A DNA stretch of 62,893 nucleotides, counting the filler, from Aduncisulcus paluster (Eukaryota), in the NCBI GenBank assembly GCA_024181965.1. It is 8 parts of 8 records of this genome, joined end to end, with 100 filler letters (N's around TTAATTAATTAA, not from the genome) between each part and the next. Parts side by side here need not be neighbours in the genome. Positions count along the whole stretch, not along the records: positions 16,393 to 40,364 come from BQXS01011575.1; positions 40,465 to 48,818 come from BQXS01011576.1; 6 more parts are not named here. One strand, written 5' to 3'. The translations under genes and the position numbers were made by a program. The stretch's first letter is position 1. Each line of letters opens with the position of its first letter. The notes under the pieces are model-generated. The model ran no database searches and had not been told where the DNA came from. It worked only from the letters and a program-made list of their open reading frames with translations. Shown piece after piece: positions 34,345 through 47,400 of the stretch.

Positions 34345-36282
34345 ATGGATATAAAGAGCATTATAATGATTGATGAATGTTCTGACGATTCTGACATATC
34401 ATTAGAATCGGATCCAATATGTTGTTACTGTTGTATGGATAGATGTGCCGGGTGTGGATGTCAATGTTGCTCAAAAAAATGTTTGGCGAGAACAACATGT
34501 AGTAAGATATGGTGCTGGGGTTTTTTACCTCTCTTTTTAGCTATATTTTTTGCATTTTTGTGCCCGTTTCCTCCTTACCACCAACATTATACGATAACAA
34601 AGGAATTTGTACGGACAAATTTTGCTAATGCTGAAAAATTGTCTTCAAAACTTGCCTCTTTTGATGAAACTGACACTATCATGTATTCAGCCAAAGAATA
34701 TGCATTTCCGTTGGATGAGCCGGTTCGAGCCAATTTAATGGGTATCCTTACGATGGCTAGTGAATACTGTGAGGATGATTTTCCAGTTAAAGTCATTGCT
34801 CATTCATTTTGTCCCTCTGTTGATGAAACTAAATGTTTTTCGATCCTGACCGCTGATATTATCATTTGGAATCGAGACCTCACAAACGCAATTATTGATG
34901 CTTCTGAGTTTGATATTGATTCCATTATTTTCATGAATAGCCACTCCCATTCATCAATTGGTGGAATTTATCCAGATTTCCCATATCGTCTCTATATGGG
35001 CTGGACAGATGAAAATGTTCGTGAAGAATTGATTTTTGCTGCTGCAAGTTTGTTGAAATATACTCGAAATCCTTCAAATCAGATTCAAGTTGATATTAGA
35101 TCTGAAGGTGCTTCCATACGATTTGGTGCTCTTGAAAAAGAGAAAACCGAAGCTATTATTGGAGATGACGATTCAATTGAGCTTGAATTTCCTGTAGGCT
35201 ATGATCTTAGTACAAAATATTTCTCTGTCTTTGCTGATAGACTGAGAGAAGATGATGAATATGTTGATGTTCCTGTTTCAACTTTATTCATGCGCAATCA
35301 TGATTCTCACGAACTTGAAGGTTTAATTTTGACTGTATCAGCTCATCCAGATGTGGTAAATACTGGGAAATTGAGCCCTAACCTTGGTGGATATGTTCTC
35401 AGAGAATTTGAAACCGTCTATATGACCCTCCATTCTCTTATTAAATCCGCATCATATGTGTCTTCATACAGTGTTGGTGCTGCGGCGAGTGTTCGTCTTG
35501 GAAAAGCTCCAATGCCGTGTGGAATGAGCGATGAACATATGGAGGAGATCTGTGAAGCAGATAGTCCTTTCTGTATTATTCGAGATGAAGATGAAGAAAA
35601 GGATCTTGATGCTTCTATTGCTTGTAGAATGGATTCAATTAAGTGTTCGGCTGCCAAGGTTGCTCGTATTATGGCTCTGAATTTGTGTCCATTTTCATCC
35701 AGAGATGCATCAAATTTCCTCCTTGATAATGAAATTAAGTCATTCTCATTAACTCAACCGTTGTCTGAAGAAGCTTGTTTATTTAATTATCTGATTGAAG
35801 GTGTTGATGCTTATCCCACTTTCCATCACCATTGTGTTGATTGGACAAGTTCGATGAAACTTGGTATTGGCGTCATGGACTGGTCATTGCCGACATTTCC
35901 TGAGCATAGAGCATTTGGGTATTTCCATGCACACCCGTTCTTGACTATGCCTTACCTTCCAAATGATCAGAACATTAGCGTTGCTCTGTTCGGAGATGTT
36001 GCTTTGATTGGTGTTCCAAGCGAAATGAGTGTTCATATCGCGAATGAGCTGCTCGATGCAATTTATGGAGAAGAAGATGACACGGATTCAAATTCAAGTC
36101 TGATAAAACATGCTATTCCAACCTCATTCAATAGGGATTATTTTGGATATTATGTTCTTTCCAATGATTATAGCAAATACCACATTAATCTTGAAACCTC
36201 TATTGAGAATTTCCGAGGTAAATTTGTTGGAGATCACATTCTTGACCTTATGGAAACTATTATCGGTATAAATGTCGAATAA
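34345..36282 (+). CDS. Neutral/alkaline ceramidase-like hydrolase with an N-terminal Cys cluster and signal anchor
   Basis: NSHSHSSIGG (cf. THTHSGPG), SAHP, GDVALIGVPSEMS (cf. GDLAIVGVPGE) and FNRDYFGY (cf. NDYIGY) occur in the expected order. TM segment WGFLPLFLAIFFAFL. Confidence 0.6.
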   Translation: MDIKSIIMIDECSDDSDISLESDPICCYCCMDRCAGCGCQCCSKKCLARTTCSKIWCWGFLPLFLAIFFAFLCPFPPYHQHYTITKEFVRTNFANAEKLSSKLASFDETDTIMYSAKEYAFPLDEPVRANLMGILTMASEYCEDDFPVKVIAHSFCPSVDETKCFSILTADIIIWNRDLTNAIIDASEFDIDSIIFMNSHSHSSIGGIYPDFPYRLYMGWTDENVREELIFAAASLLKYTRNPSNQIQVDIRSEGASIRFGALEKEKTEAIIGDDDSIELEFPVGYDLSTKYFSVFADRLREDDEYVDVPVSTLFMRNHDSHELEGLILTVSAHPDVVNTGKLSPNLGGYVLREFETVYMTLHSLIKSASYVSSYSVGAAASVRLGKAPMPCGMSDEHMEEICEADSPFCIIRDEDEEKDLDASIACRMDSIKCSAAKVARIMALNLCPFSSRDASNFLLDNEIKSFSLTQPLSEEACLFNYLIEGVDAYPTFHHHCVDWTSSMKLGIGVMDWSLPTFPEHRAFGYFHAHPFLTMPYLPNDQNISVALFGDVALIGVPSEMSVHIANELLDAIYGEEDDTDSNSSLIKHAIPTSFNRDYFGYYVLSNDYSKYHINLETSIENFRGKFVGDHILDLMETIIGINVE

Positions 36283-36823
36283 TATTATAGATCTGAGAAC
36301 TTTTTTTTTTTTTTTTTTTTCTAATTTATTATTATTCTTTTGGTTGCAGTTCTTTTCTCTTCTTATTTATCTGTCTTTTGTTATTTTATGTTGTTTTCAT
36401 GAAATACCATATATTTTCTGTAACGGGTGTCTGTTTTCCAACCAGTTTTAGTACTTTCCTTTCCATTTTTATTCTTTATTGTTATAATGTAATAATTATA
36501 TAATGTCTTTTTTATATCTACACAAGTGTAACACTTTAGATATCTAAACATTTATTTCCTCTATTATTTCACTCTTCTGTATTAGTACAGTGTCGTACTA
36601 AGCTGAAAGATAATGTTCGTTTCCCAACCAAACCATTTGGAATCCAAATTATAGCTGATCTTTCTTCGTGACAGTATAAAGTGATAGATCAAGTTTTGTC
36701 ATTCATTTTTCATTCATATTCATGATAAAATCCAGGTCAGAAGTTTCAAAAGAAAACATATTCTCCTAAAATAAAATATATAAATATATAAATAAAATAT
36801 AAAATTACACTTCACATCACTCT

Positions 36824-39800
36824 CTATTTCAAGAAAAATGCTGCTCCTGCTCTTCGAAGTTTCTGAGATTCGTGGGATTTAATAACGGAAACTGGAATGA
36901 ACCGTATAAACGACTTTCTACTCTGAGTTTTGAACAAAGGTGCCATGAACTTTTCTTCCTTTTTCATATCAATACAATCCAAATCTCGGCCGAACAAGTT
37001 ATTGCCGAATGAGGAGAAAGCAGAATCTGCAGTGATACACATCTTGTCGAGCTTAATGATTGCACTGTTGCTTGATTCTGTGTTTCCAAACATATCAACA
37101 GTATGTCCATCAGAATTGACTCCGTAAAGAACCAATTTTACACGTTCTCCACCACCTTCCATGAATAAGAATTGAAAATGGACTCGTGGCAAGGGGCTTT
37201 GATGGAATCGGGAGAAATCTTGGGCAAAAGCAATGATCAATGCTTGAGGATCTGCCAACATGCTCAAATCAATCTGATTGACACTTGAAGAGCTGCAATA
37301 TTTTACCATGGCACGATCTTTCTGGGCCAGACTTTGTATAAATGAACTCAATGCCAAGTCTGTGTCGATGTGCTGGCGCCACCAAGGTGGAATGGCTTCA
37401 CTTAGAACACAGCGAAGGAGAATATTATGTTTTGGCAGGAATACCGTCTTCCCAGAGAGAGCTTCGAGGAGGTTTTCAAGGTCTGATCGAATTGTGAACA
37501 ACAAAGAGGAATGTTTAGTGGCTTCAATACGCATGCGGATAAGAACAAACGAAAGGCTTGTCAACGAATCAGAAGGAATGTAAGGAGAATCTGGGATTTC
37601 TGGAAGGTTTGACAAAAGTTTCTCAACTCGAGATATTCCTCCAACAATCACATTGCTGCTAGTGTCGGCAAGATTTGCAGCCTTGATGGCAGGATTATCG
37701 GACTTTTCTTCAGATGGGATATTGAACAATGTTTTTTGCTTTTCAGCCTTAGATTGTACTCCTGATATGGTTGAAGTAAACAATTTGAGAATTTGTTTCC
37801 TCATCAAAAGAGAATCAGAGGACCTAATTCTGCTTGGAAGGAATTTATCTAGGAAGAGGGCTCGAGCAAGTCGAGATTGATCCAGATGTGAGAATGTAAG
37901 AACTGATTGAAGCCATTGAATGGACAATTCAGTTATTTCGGGTTCACTGTTAATTGAACTTGTGTGGATTGCTTGGGAAGATTTTCTGAATCGCTCCAGT
38001 TTTTTCATTGGAAGCTGGAACATAGGATTCGAATTGGTTTCCCCTAGCTTCGGCAGAGTCGGTCGTTTCTCTTCGGACTCGCTTGAATCTGAATAGATAT
38101 CATAGTCTCGAGATGAGGAAGATATCACTGATGATGAACGATATGAATTCATGGAACTGTTCTTCTGGAGGAAATCCTTCATTTTGTCATCATCAGATTC
38201 TGATATCATCTCCGATTCCTCCTCATCTTTCGATCCCTCTCCCATGCGACTGAGATGTGTATTAGAATATGACGATCTCCTGCTTCCTTGCAAGGAACGA
38301 ATACCAGCAGATGACGGCTCGAGTGAATGGCCTGGCGATTCCTTCTGGCGAACAGATAGATTATGCAACAACTCTTCACTGTCCATTTTGTCAGAGTGCG
38401 ATGAGGCATTGGGAGAGGTGTCTTCAATGAACTGTTTGGCCGCAAAGTCCTCATCTTCCTCAATCACTGCTTTGGATAAGTGAGAGTCAGGGAGTCTATT
38501 CGATGAGCGTGTGGCTTCAGAGACTTCAATAATCTCAGGTGGGGATTGAAGCAACTTACCGAGTTGGTCAGCAAGGCTTTCTTGGGATTGGATGGGAGTT
38601 TGTGAGGAAGGGAACATAGGCGTTCTAGCACTGAGATTGACGGAGGAGGATGGATGATCGGGCTCAGAAGACTCAAGGAAGTGGGATTGTTCTTTGTCTT
38701 GATCCGTTGTTGAAATGGCCGGGAGCTCAATGTCATAATTAAAGTCGCTCGATCTATCTGAGGCAGGATGTGATTTGGGCGATTGACTTAACGCCTGTGT
38801 ACGATCGAACAACATGATTTGGGAATCAAACAGCTGAGGACAACGACGTTGGAACGTAATAACCGATATTATCGTGGATATCAGTTGTTTGAGGATCAAT
38901 ACATCCGACAAATCTTCCAATTGACTCTGATAGTGATCAAAAAGAACTTTTCGAATATACGATAAGTCAATCTCCTCATCACGAATAATATGTCTCTTCA
39001 CAGCAAGCAGAGATTTCTCAAGATCATACAGGTCAAAATGATAAGATCGTGTCCAGCCAGTAGGTAAGAAATCTGTTCTCGAGGAAACAACACCGTGGAA
39101 ATAGCAAATAGGATAAGCAACGGCAATCAAACAACGATAAATCTTAGATTTGAGTTCGAGATCAACAAAGGAAGTCAAGTCAAGATATGGACTGGTTTTC
39201 ACTACAGACACCGCATTTGCACAGGATTTTGAGAAAGAGGCTGATTCCTCCTGGAACATTTTCAAACATTTAGAGGACAACTCATGTGGGAGCAATCCTT
39301 TGCCAGTCCGTGGTGCTTCAGGGGCATCCATAGTCAGGATAATTCTGAATAGGGAATGCACAGAATTTTTCTTTGTGAATCGAATGAGATCCTCAAGTTC
39401 TTTGTGTTGTTTTGGAATAAGGTGGACATTTTCTATAATAATCCAGGTTGGAGTAACGACAAGGGGGACAATGGTAGAATATAGAGATTCAACGGAACCA
39501 ATGGCAATGGGTTTGATTTGGATAGATTCTCCATACACACGCTTGAACTTCTCAGCGAGTGTTTCAAACTCACCGTCTATTTTTAGGATCTTATCTGAGA
39601 ATATCTCTTGGATTCTTTGTTGTGGAGACACTCCTTTCCCACAAAGAAGAAGCATTGGCATTGATGGGTTAATATAATGGTACACAAACTCACCGATTGA
39701 AAAATCAGTTCGAGTTGTTGGGGTGAGAATATCGAATCCCGAAAAAGTCATGATATTCTGTCTTAGTTCCTCGACACTGATTAAACCACTCTCAGAGGGA

Positions 39801-40364
39801 ATAATGGTGGATGATAGGAGAACAGTAAACAAGGAAATGTAGAGATCGTCAGCGTGTTTGACAGTCTTTAAGCAAATCGAACTTGTTTTTTTGAGCAAAT
39901 AATGAGCTAGACTGTGTGTTTGGGAATCATCGGAGGAAAATACGGCGTTTGGATCAGAATCGGCCAATTGGAACACCTTAGAAAGACAATCCAAAGCATC
40001 CTTTTTCATGATTTTCATTAACAAACCAGTTCTTCTTGCAATCCATCTCAGACGCATCCACTGGTCTGGAGAGAACACAGAAGGCCTCGATATAGCATTT
40101 GCAATGGGACATTGAGGATCGTCAAAGGGAGTTTCCAATGATAATCGAATCAAAAGTCGATGTTCGTCATTGATATTGTTATAAATACAAGCATACAAAT
40201 GCATGACGGCTGGAATAACATCACAGGGTCGAAGAAACTTTGTGAGGAGAGTTCCATATTCGGAAATACACTTTCTCCATATACTCCTTATCATCTTTCG
40301 AGACACTTTGGGAACTTGGACATCAGTCACATTCGCTGACATTGAATAGTTTGCATTAAACATA
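36824..40364 (-). CDS. Divergent dynein heavy chain, C-terminal part (AAA6, lid, C-domain); 5'-truncated
   Basis: PMLLLCGKGVSP, WIIIENVHL, HSLFRIILT, CYFHGVVSSR..F.PTGWTRSYHFDLYDL, IPPWW and PQALIIAFAQDFSR match dynein HC C-terminal motifs. Confidence 0.8.
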
Positions 40365-40464
40365 NNNNNNNNNNNNNNNNNNNNNNNNNNNNNNNNNNNN
40401 NNNNNNNNTTAATTAATTAANNNNNNNNNNNNNNNNNNNNNNNNNNNNNNNNNNNNNNNNNNNN

Positions 40465-41297
40465 TCAACGATATCCTTTGGTAATTTCTTTATCTCAGGA
40501 TCTTTGTCCAATAAATGTTTGATTTCTTCATCGGAATATGGTGGAGTTGGACGCTTTCTTTTTTTAGTAGTTCCAGTGGTCGGGTTAGCTCCTCTTCTAT
40601 ATGTTGGCGTGGAAGAGGATGTATTTCTACGCCCAGGAGAAGGTCTTCTTGCGGAGGGAGTTGCGGAAGAAGAAGAACCATGGGGATTGAGTTTTTTGCC
40701 AATAGGTTTCCTCGCAGCATATGGAGAAACATATCCGGTGCCATATTTAGAAGAATGTCCGGCGCTATCCCGAGAATGTGGACGAGGAGAAGATGATCTC
40801 TTATCTTCGGAGTGAGAGGAGGTATTGACTCTTTCCCGACTTATAGAACGACGTACAGGCACTGGTTTCTTGAGTTCCGGAACTTTTTTTTGTGTTGGAG
40901 GAACAGTTGCCACTTTATGAGGCTGTTCTGGTTTAGATGTCCCGGTAATAGAAGGGACTAATATTTTTTTTGATGCAGAACACACATCATGCCAAATAAT
41001 AGATTTTTTAATTGCGACAATATCAATTGGAACAAGATCAATAGGATTGCCAGGTTGTTTGAGGGAGGCATGAAGAGCAGAAAGACGAGCATGAACATTA
41101 TTTCTATGTTCAATTAATTTTTTAAATGCTTCGAATTCCTTTAAATCCGCTGGCATATCACGTTTTAAAGCAATATTTAGATACATAACTAGTTTTTTAT
41201 ATGCTACGTAAGCTTCCACAGGCCTTTTGTTTCTATCAAGAGTAACAGCCTCTGTACTAAGGCTTTTAACATTTGACAAGTGATGTGCCCATATCAT
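40465..41297 (-). CDS. MIT-domain protein, probably the N-terminus of a fidgetin/spastin/katanin-clade AAA ATPase (3'-truncated)
   Basis: N-terminal EAVTLDRNKRPVEAYVAYKKLV (MIT-like), a basic Ser/Pro linker, then DPEIKKLPKDIVE resembling the segment before the AAA domain. The AAA domain is not in the window. Confidence 0.5.
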
Positions 41298-41486
41298 TTA
41301 AGGGCGATAAAAGGCCTACGCTAACAAAATCAACAAAAATTTCATAAAGCTTCTTGTAGGAAGAATTATGTTTTAGAATGGTCCAAAAATTAATATACGC
41401 CACTAGTATCATAGAAATTGTAAATATGAAATGTTTTTCAATTCTTACATTGAATCATATCATCATTTCCTTCGATATAACATGAA

Positions 41487-44400
41487 ATGGATTCAGATGA
41501 GCCTATATATTTGGATGAAACAAATATAATTGATGGCGGAGATGTTGTTGAAGGTATTACTTGGTATGTTTCACTCCAAACAAATGTTTTAGAACTACCC
41601 CCCATTTTATTTATGGTACAGACTAATATTCTTTCATTCCACTATTAATATTCTTAATTTTCATTCTAATCTCTTATTCTAACAATATTATATTCCACAA
41701 TACCTCAGTGCAATTTGCCTAGGACTACCTCTTCCAATTCCTGTTACTCTGAGGTGTGGGCATATTTTCCATCAAAAATGCATTTTTAAATGGCTTAAAC
41801 GAAGAAATACCTGCCCAATTTGTAAACAACCCGTCGAATCAACTTCTGGTCGTTCCATTACGTATCAAGGCACCGAATTACCTGCAATAACTCCCTCAAT
41901 CGATCCCAAAACCGTTGTAAGTCCAATATCTAGAACATTAAAACAGATTTTATGTAGTAATATCCGCTTTCAATGCAAATTTTGTCCAAGTGGCGATAAA
42001 TGTGAGTTCAGAGGCAATTGGACGCAATTAATGGCCCACTTGGGGAAGGATGAGAATGGAATCGACATTGAAAAGCCTATCACATCCCTCGAAGAACTGA
42101 GTGGAAATGAACTGATTTTTGTATGTCTTAAACGTTCTGTTTTCTCAAACAACTCCCCGTTTTTCGGCTTTGGAAAACTCAGAAATCGTGAAATAGGCAT
42201 TGTTAGAGCTCTCTCCTTCCCCATGTCCGCCACCAAATCCCTTGAATCGGCCATTGTGTATGTTGATTTCCCCTCACATCCTTATTACAAATGTGTGATA
42301 AGTGAACTTTGTCACTCTCTGTTGAGACCTTCTCATTCTGAGATTTTGAAGACATTCCCACCCATCACACAAATTCCATCTCTTCCTACTGCTCCCTCCT
42401 CAGACTCTTCATCTCACTCTCTTCCAGAACCCATACGCCCTCCTTTCTGTCCTGATCACGTCTGCACTGGTCATCTCGTCTATGTTCCCATGCCCCCCCC
42501 TTCTCTCTCGCCTCATATTCTTGGTCCAGTACTCAGTCGAGCTATGCTATTAGGGTTGGTTGGTGTTGTGCTCGATCGTGGTGATAACGATCTCGTTCGG
42601 GTTAGGTTTGGGTACCAGCTCAGGGGAACATCAGTATCTCCACAATGCACCTGCTTGAAGCCTAAGAGTATATGTAGCGTTTGCTCTGTTTTGGCTGCCC
42701 CCTGGTTCTTTAAATGCCTTGGTGAAGGGCCATTTGGAATTGATCCGTACAGTTACCGCACTTTAACTAGAGATTCTGAGCAAGATAGTGGTGATAATAG
42801 CGAAGGGAATAATAATAATACAAATACAAATGAAAGAAGAATTAAAAAATCAGAAGGATTTTTACGATTAGAATCTCATTTTCGTGGAGTGGATTTGCAA
42901 TTAACAGAATTTAAACATTTATTATATAACAATATTCTATTTTTAGAAAGAGAATCGAGAGTTGCTGAGAAACAACTTTTTAATTCTATAAATAGAAAAC
43001 AAAATCATATTCAGAGGAAAAAAGACAAAAAGAAAGAAACCACTAAGAAAAAAAAGGACAAGAGAAAAATTGGATCGGATAAAAAAGTTATTGATCTAAA
43101 AACAGATCTTGAGAAAGACAAAGACAAGAAAGTAATAGTAACAACTTCAGACATATCTCCATCCAATTCAGCTTCTACATTTAAATATTGTCCTGATTCA
43201 TTCCATCCTGTATTGTTATCTTCTCTTCCACCCTGCCCCCTTTCCCTTCCCGCCCTCTCCTCCTCTTCCCTGCTCTTCTCTTCCTTCTCTCTTAATACTG
43301 TGTCATTGTGTGTGACGCTTAGAAAGTGTTTCGAAGGAATGAAAAGAAGAGAAAGTGTCAGTGGATGGGTTGGAATCGTCAAGATATCTCTGCCAAAGTC
43401 TTCTCCAAGATTCCACGATCAAAAAAGGTTGTTGTCTAAAACATTATCATTCATGTCGAAATATGGTAAATCGAAGGGATCCAAAATTTCTGCAAGTTTA
43501 ACGCCCAGAAAATCCTCAAAAGTTGCCTCTTCTTATCCAGAGTCCATTCCAGGCCAAACTGTACATCCGACATCACCTGTGACTGGCCCCACTTCTCTTC
43601 CCTGCTCTTCTCCTCCACATTCCCCAACATTCCCCCTAACAACCACTGACCCAAACAATACTTCAACACTTCAGAGTTCTCATACAGTTCCCAATGGGGA
43701 TCATTCAGATCATTCTCCTATTCCTTCCTCCTCTGATACTCCTATTCTACCTCCCCTCGACATATCCAAGACAAATCAGGGAGATTCCACGGATGTTCTT
43801 GGCTCTGATCGTTCATTTCCAGCCATGTTGGATCATCTCCAAGCCCCTGGATACACTAGCCACCACCTTGCTTCCAAAGGTTGTTCAACTTCTCCAAAGT
43901 TCCGTCCTTCTTCCTCTCTCTCAACCATCTCTTCCTCTTCTATCCATTCGTACTCTCTCTCTGATCATTCTCCAAGGAGAAGAGTGGAAACAGAAGTACA
44001 GTCTCAGTCCCCAGATCTCTTGCCAAATGTGGATGATCTGGCATTGCCTCCGCCTTTTCATCAGTACTTCCCTTCTCCATTGCGATCTACTCTTATCGAT
44101 GTCGTATTTCCAGAGATTACTTCCTCTTCCTCTTCCTCTTCCTCTTCTTCTTCCTCTTCTTCTTTATCTTCTTCTGATGTGTCTCATAGGGCTCCTACAA
44201 CAACGTTGCCACAATCCACATCCACTCACACTTCGGGTGGGCCTAGCGGTGATTCATCATCCTCCTCTTCTACTTTCTCAAAATCTTCTAAAAATATCAC
44301 AATTAATGTTGATGAAGTGATATATCAAATGAGGGAAAAAGGAATGAAATGTATAAAAGTTTGTGAGGTCAAGCGATGTTGTTGGCTTATCCGATCTCGT

Positions 44401-47400
44401 AGAGTTCGAGTGTGGCGCTGGAATTCTTATAGTTCTAATCCGCATACCATCCCCCCGTCTCATGAAGTCCATCTCTCTCCCTCTTCCTCTTTCGCACCTT
44501 CTTTTATTCCTTCGTTTATTCCTTCGTTTATTCCTCTTTCTTTGCACAATTACACAGGAGACATCTCTCTCTGTCCTTGTCAGTTGAGTATTAAATTGCC
44601 TAAACTAACTCCCTTATTTATATCTGCATTTACAAGACTTGGTGTGATATGTTGTATTGGTAAAGATAACAATTTACCAAAGAATCCAAATCCAACATTT
44701 GATGGACTTTCTCCCTCTTCTCTTGAGAATTCCGCTCCATATCTGTTTATTATAGTCCCTGTCAGTGTTCTTGTCATGAAGCCTTGTTCAATATTTGAAT
44801 GGGAAGACAATTCGATCATGAAACAAAATGGGAAAAGTGCAGCTAAATATAGATTCAAAACCGATCAGATTGAAACTGAATATGATATTGATCCGAGTTC
44901 TGAAGAAGAGGAGGATGATAAATCGCTCGAATATCCAACAGAATCTGGTGGTCATCATCAGACACCTTCCTCTCTCTCTTGTTGGAGGAGATCATCACCG
45001 TGTTTTCTGACGCTTTATGAATCATTCCAATACGATCCTTCTTTAGTTTCGTCGACAGTCTCTTCTAGTTTAACAACTCTACCTTCAACGCAACAACAAC
45101 AGGGAGATTTTAAAATTACAAAATTTCCACAATGTCACATTATAAATTTTCTCAATTCATATTCTTCTGGTTTCAAATCACCTTCTTCTCCTTTGTCTTC
45201 CTCGGGTAAAGATCAACATGGTGATCAGACTCAATCAACAATAACTGATAAATCTATTTTTAGTCCATTGAGTAATATTCACAATGCGACACATACGACC
45301 TCAACTTCAACTTCAATTTCAACAACATCTCCCACTGATTCTTGTTCCGCTTCTCAACCAAAACATTCAACACATCTGACAAGGAGAGATCGATATTTAT
45401 GTCTCAAGAGAGAGAAAAAGGAAGAGGAGAGCGACTACGATCAGTTTGAAGAGATGAGCCAAAGTGTTTCTCAAAATCTATTTTCTCCCATGATGCTTCC
45501 AACTGTATTGATGAAATCATCATCCGAATCAGTGAGTGAGAAAACTCCATGTCATCTTCAAAAGGTTGGGATACTAAGTTGTTATTCAAATGAAGAAGAG
45601 GAAGAGTCTGACTTATATAAACAAACATTCGATGAACTATCACTTATGGATGATTCTCATACAGAACCGAGTCCAAGAGCTGGATATCCTATGCTCTCTG
45701 ATAATAGTTGTTGTTCCTTGACTTCCCTTCCTTCTCCTTCAAAAATAACCGATTCAAAACATGTTACAATCATCACTGATGGAGTTTCTTCTTCTTCCTC
45801 ATCCTCATCCTCCTCTTCTTCTTCTTCTTCCTCCGTTTCTTTTAATTTAGGTACAAAGTCCATTCTTGATGCTATAAATGGANNNNNNNNNNNNNNNNNN
45901 NNGGATACTAAGTTGTTATTCAAATGAAGAAGAGGAAGAGTCTGACTTATATAAACAAACATTCGATGAACTATCACTTATGGATGATTCTCATACAGAA
46001 CCGAGTCCAAGAGCTGGATATCCTATGCTCTCTGATAATAGTTGTTGTTCCTTGACTTCCCTTCCTTCTCCTTCAAAAATAACCGATTCAAAACATGTTA
46101 CAATCATCACTGATGGAGTTTCTTCTTCTTCCTCATCCTCATCCTCCTCTTCTTCTTCTTCCTCCGTTTCTTTTAATTTAGGTACAAAGTCCATTCTTGA
46201 TGCTATAAATGGAACTTTGAGAAAGAGTCAAGATACTTCAACGTCCGCTCGCAGAGAAGGAATAGTCCCAACCTCCAAGAAGAATGTTCCCACTTCAGTG
46301 ATCCCCCATTCCTCCCTTGGTCGTGTTACTGAATCATTTCCAATATCCTTGCCTGCCTCTTCCTCAGAATCCAGTGAAGGAGAAACAAAGGGAGCGAAAG
46401 GGAAAGGAAGAAAAACTAAGACATCAGTGACAACATCAGATTCTGATTCCGATTCTAATTTTGGTCATACAACCTGTTCGAAGACACTGAAAGAGTCAAG
46501 ATCACATCCCACTTCTCCTACAACTTCTTCCGATTCCAGTTATGACGAAGAGGAAGATATTGAAGAAGTGGAAGAATGTAGAACGCCGGAAAAGCTTGAA
46601 TCCGAAGAAGAATTATCATATGAAGAATCGAATAATCATTCTTCCTCCTCTTCTTCTTCCTCTTCTTCTTCCTCCTCTTCTTCTTCCTCTTCTCCGTGGG
46701 GCGAATGGAATGGTGATTTTGGAAAATTATTTGGAAAAGTTGATGGTTTTGAGAGATTTCCTCTTCCCCGATATAATGTCTTCTCTGCTGAATCGTCTGC
46801 AGACGTTGACGAAGATTCTGATATCTCGGATGGTGATACAAGTTCGTTCAGTGAGGATTCGGTCATTGCAAGAAGTGTTGAAGGAGTTCGAACGACTCAA
46901 TCAAGATCAACATCAACATCTGTATCAAGACCTATATTGACTCGAACTGCTTCGATCATATCTGCCTCCTCCTCATCTCCTTTCCCAAGCTTTGCCCATG
47001 GGTCAGAAAGTGTTGTTCCAAATCATCAACACTCGAATGCAAGTACCTCCTCTTCCTCCTCTTCCTCTTCCTTTTCCTCTTCCTCTTCCTCTTCCTCTAT
47101 TCATGAATCTGGACGACAATCTTACCCCTTTCTCTCGTATTCTTTTGTAGATCCACATGCTCTGTGTACATCAGCAACAGTGTCCATCAAAGAGAGTGTA
47201 AAGAATCCTGTATTTGGATGGGGTAAAGTGACGTCATCAAGTGTTGGGAAAGTACGGCATGTTATTAAAGTCTTTGTCCAAGTACAAGATGTTTGTCATT
47301 CATTGGAAAAAGGAAGAACTGAAGACAAATCTATGGCTCCTATGTGTCATATATCACACAAAGAAGAAAAGAAACAATCATCACAAGATCCGGAGTCATC

